Below are positions 33,354 through 35,663 of a stretch of DNA of 35,663 nt, one piece after another. The number at the start of each line of letters is the position of its first letter. The stretch's first letter is position 1. Made by a program: the position numbers and the translations under genes. The notes beneath the pieces are model-generated. The model was not told the DNA's origin. It did no database searches and saw only the letters and a list, made by a program, of their open reading frames with translations. Source of the DNA: Octopus bimaculoides (taxonomy: Eukaryota); assembly GCF_001194135.2 (NCBI RefSeq), contig NC_068988.1, positions 37,071,042 through 37,106,704 of the forward strand, read 5' to 3'.

Positions 33354-34235
33354 ACAGAGTGACTGAAGTTTCATGTGTTGTCATAAGGTGGAATGGTATG
33401 ACGAAATGAAGAAGTGGAAGCGCATTGTTATCAATGAATTTTCTTGAAATATTCTATAGGTGCGCTGCTACATAAACATTTTGTAAAGTTTGATGAGGAA
33501 CTGATGTGCTGTATGATATTAAGTATTATAAATTTTTGCGAGAATAACAGGATTTCAGAATATATAGAAATATCAGAGGACGTGACTTATAAGAACTTCT
33601 AAATTTCTATCTTCATTAGACTGGCCCCGGATATTTGCAAGAATTTGCGTTTACTCTAGATCAATCAATTCCTTAATTGGTGATGGATGACAGGCAATTG
33701 AATAGCCAACGCTATTAGCATAGCTCGTGAGAGAGTTAAAGTTATTCTAGAAAATATCCTCTGCACTAGCTTCAAAGAGGGCCAAGATCATTTCAACTGC
33801 AAGGAAGGAGAGCACCTCAGTTTTGGGGAGACAAACGGCATTTTGCATATTGAATATCTTCAAAAATGGCCACAACTTTCAATGGACAGTGCTATGCCAA
33901 CTTCCTGTGGCAGTTACAAAGGGTATCAAAAACAAGCGCTGAGGAAAACTAAGAAAAGGGGGCTGTCTCATCGGGATAATGTTCCAGCACACAAGTCTTT
34001 GGCTTCATTAGCTGCTATGTATGACCGTGACTTGATTTGTCTCAATCTGATTATCATCTGTTTCCGTACATGAAATAAACACTTGGGAACACATGGAAAG
34101 ATAGGAACCAAGCACTGCAACACCGGTCAATGAAGTGTATGGATCGCAAAGGGTATTATATTGAAAAACGAAATCATTTGGTCACATTCCATTAGAGTAT
34201 CTTCGTCAGCATATGAATCCTTCAGGTGACCCACG
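33354..34235 (+). mobile_element. Decayed, internally deleted mariner (DD34D-type) transposon with remnant TIRs
   Basis: TNGILHIEYLQK, HRDNVPAHKSL, HRSMKCMDRKGYYIEK. Right TIR ...gaatccttcaggtgacccacg|TA at 34235 and a degenerate left TIR TA|acagagtgactgaagtttcat...tggaatggtatgacgaaatg. Confidence 0.85.
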
Positions 34236-34832
34236 TATATTTACGTATGTATGCATGAATGTATGTCTATGTATATTTACATACAAACACACACATGCAC
34301 AGACACACACACATATCTATATACATACATACACAAATGTATATATGCATACAGATTAATATATGTGAGTACATTTATCTCTACCTCCGAAGAAGAAGAT
34401 CATTTGTGTGTGCAAGCATATATTCTAATTGCATTAAAGAATTTCATTTCACTATCTGTCAAAACATTAATAGTAAATAAATTTTCGTAGGACATGTTGA
34501 AATACGACATGACATCTAAAATATAAATTGAATACATAAACATACACACATACACACACATATATGTGTGTATTACACACAAACAAGAAGAAATAAATGC
34601 TACATCTATATACAAGAACAAATTTTAAAAACATTTTCAAAATCTCCAGATTTATTAAGCGTTGAAACATATATTCAAATAGTCAAATTTTCAAAAATTC
34701 ATGTTTGTCAGCCTTTCCTTCATTTATTCGCAAACAACATTGATACCACTTCATAACAGAGCAGAATTTGTATTTATTTTCTTTTCTAGTACGCAGTTGA
34801 TATATGACAAACACCCGTGTGTATATATCTCC

Positions 34833-34839
<7 letters not shown>

Positions 34840-34910
<71 letters not shown>
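34840..34910. repeat. (TA)n microsatellite
   Basis: Seen directly. Confidence 0.95.
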
Positions 34911-34914
<4 letters not shown>

Positions 34915-35616
34915 ATATTATTATTAATATCAGGAAATCAATATTAGAAAATTCATCAGAAAGATATATACATGTGTAGAGTAATTGTTGTATTAAAACT
35001 ATATGTAAAAATATATGTAAATATGTATAAGTATAAGTATATAATATAATAATAAATATATAAGTTTTAAAATTTTGAATTAGGTTTTAAATTATCTTAC
35101 GGTCGTTTCACAAAAGCTCTGTTCTAATAATGGAATCCTATATTGATAAGCATTTATAGACAACTCTTCTGCTCTTCAGAGATATAAAATTTTGAATTTG
35201 TATAATTTATCGAATGGTATTTTTTAAAAACATGAAGTAATATCATAAAAGGTGTTTGTTTGAACTATCAATCCAATATTAAAAGATAAAAGTTACTGCT
35301 TTGCATTTTGGTAAGTACACTTTACTATAAGACTTTAATCCATATTTTCTTCTTTGGTTGGTCTTCAGTAATGATCCATAATAGTTATGTGTAAAATCCA
35401 TTATATTATCTGTTTTTGATTTTTGGTAGGTAAACTTTAGTATGAGAATCTTGAAATTCATATATATCTCATTAGATTATTATATTATAAAATATATATA
35501 CAATCGCTCGTGTTAAATACATAAATAGCATTAATACTTTGATACAACAGAGCATCAATATAAATTCAGTATACAATATTCTCATTGAATATATTTAACT
35601 AAAAATGTATATACAT

Positions 35617-35619
<3 letters not shown>

Positions 35620-35663
<44 letters not shown>
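35620..35663. repeat. (TA)n microsatellite at window end
   Basis: Seen directly. Confidence 0.95.

Noticed and set aside
1-35663. CRISPR arrays, rRNA, bona fide tRNA genes, prokaryotic operons
   Set aside because: None seen. The window is eukaryotic repeat-rich DNA, and the tRNA-like motifs belong to SINE heads.

Overview
AT-rich, microsatellite-saturated animal genomic DNA. It begins and ends in (TA)n and has four N gaps (3168-3715, 4547-5102, 11667-12550, 12785-12794). The two SINE families present look like octopod tRNA-derived SINEs, so an Octopus scaffold is my inference from memory, not a database result. No intact long gene is visible, and most ORFs in the track are microsatellite or gap artefacts. 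The window is mainly a graveyard of decayed transposons: an R4/Dong-clade RT, a Helitron with both termini and the helicase C-terminus, a CR1-like APE endonuclease fused to half of a Tc1/mariner element, two different Penelope-like lineages, RTE endonuclease and RT remnants, and a mariner with TIRs. The most notable items are (i) Penelope pseudo-LTRs carrying degenerate minimal hammerhead ribozymes, one in an inverted-repeat arrangement (28279-28408); (ii) a tandem 313-bp duplication whose two copies each fold into a ~100-nt hairpin with compensatory changes (862-1454); (iii) a composite Helitron with an internal satellite and a possible nested 80-bp mini-element; and (iv) several splice-site-bounded exon candidates that assemble in phase into an unidentified minus-strand gene. 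Items (ii) and (iv) are hypotheses needing RNA data.
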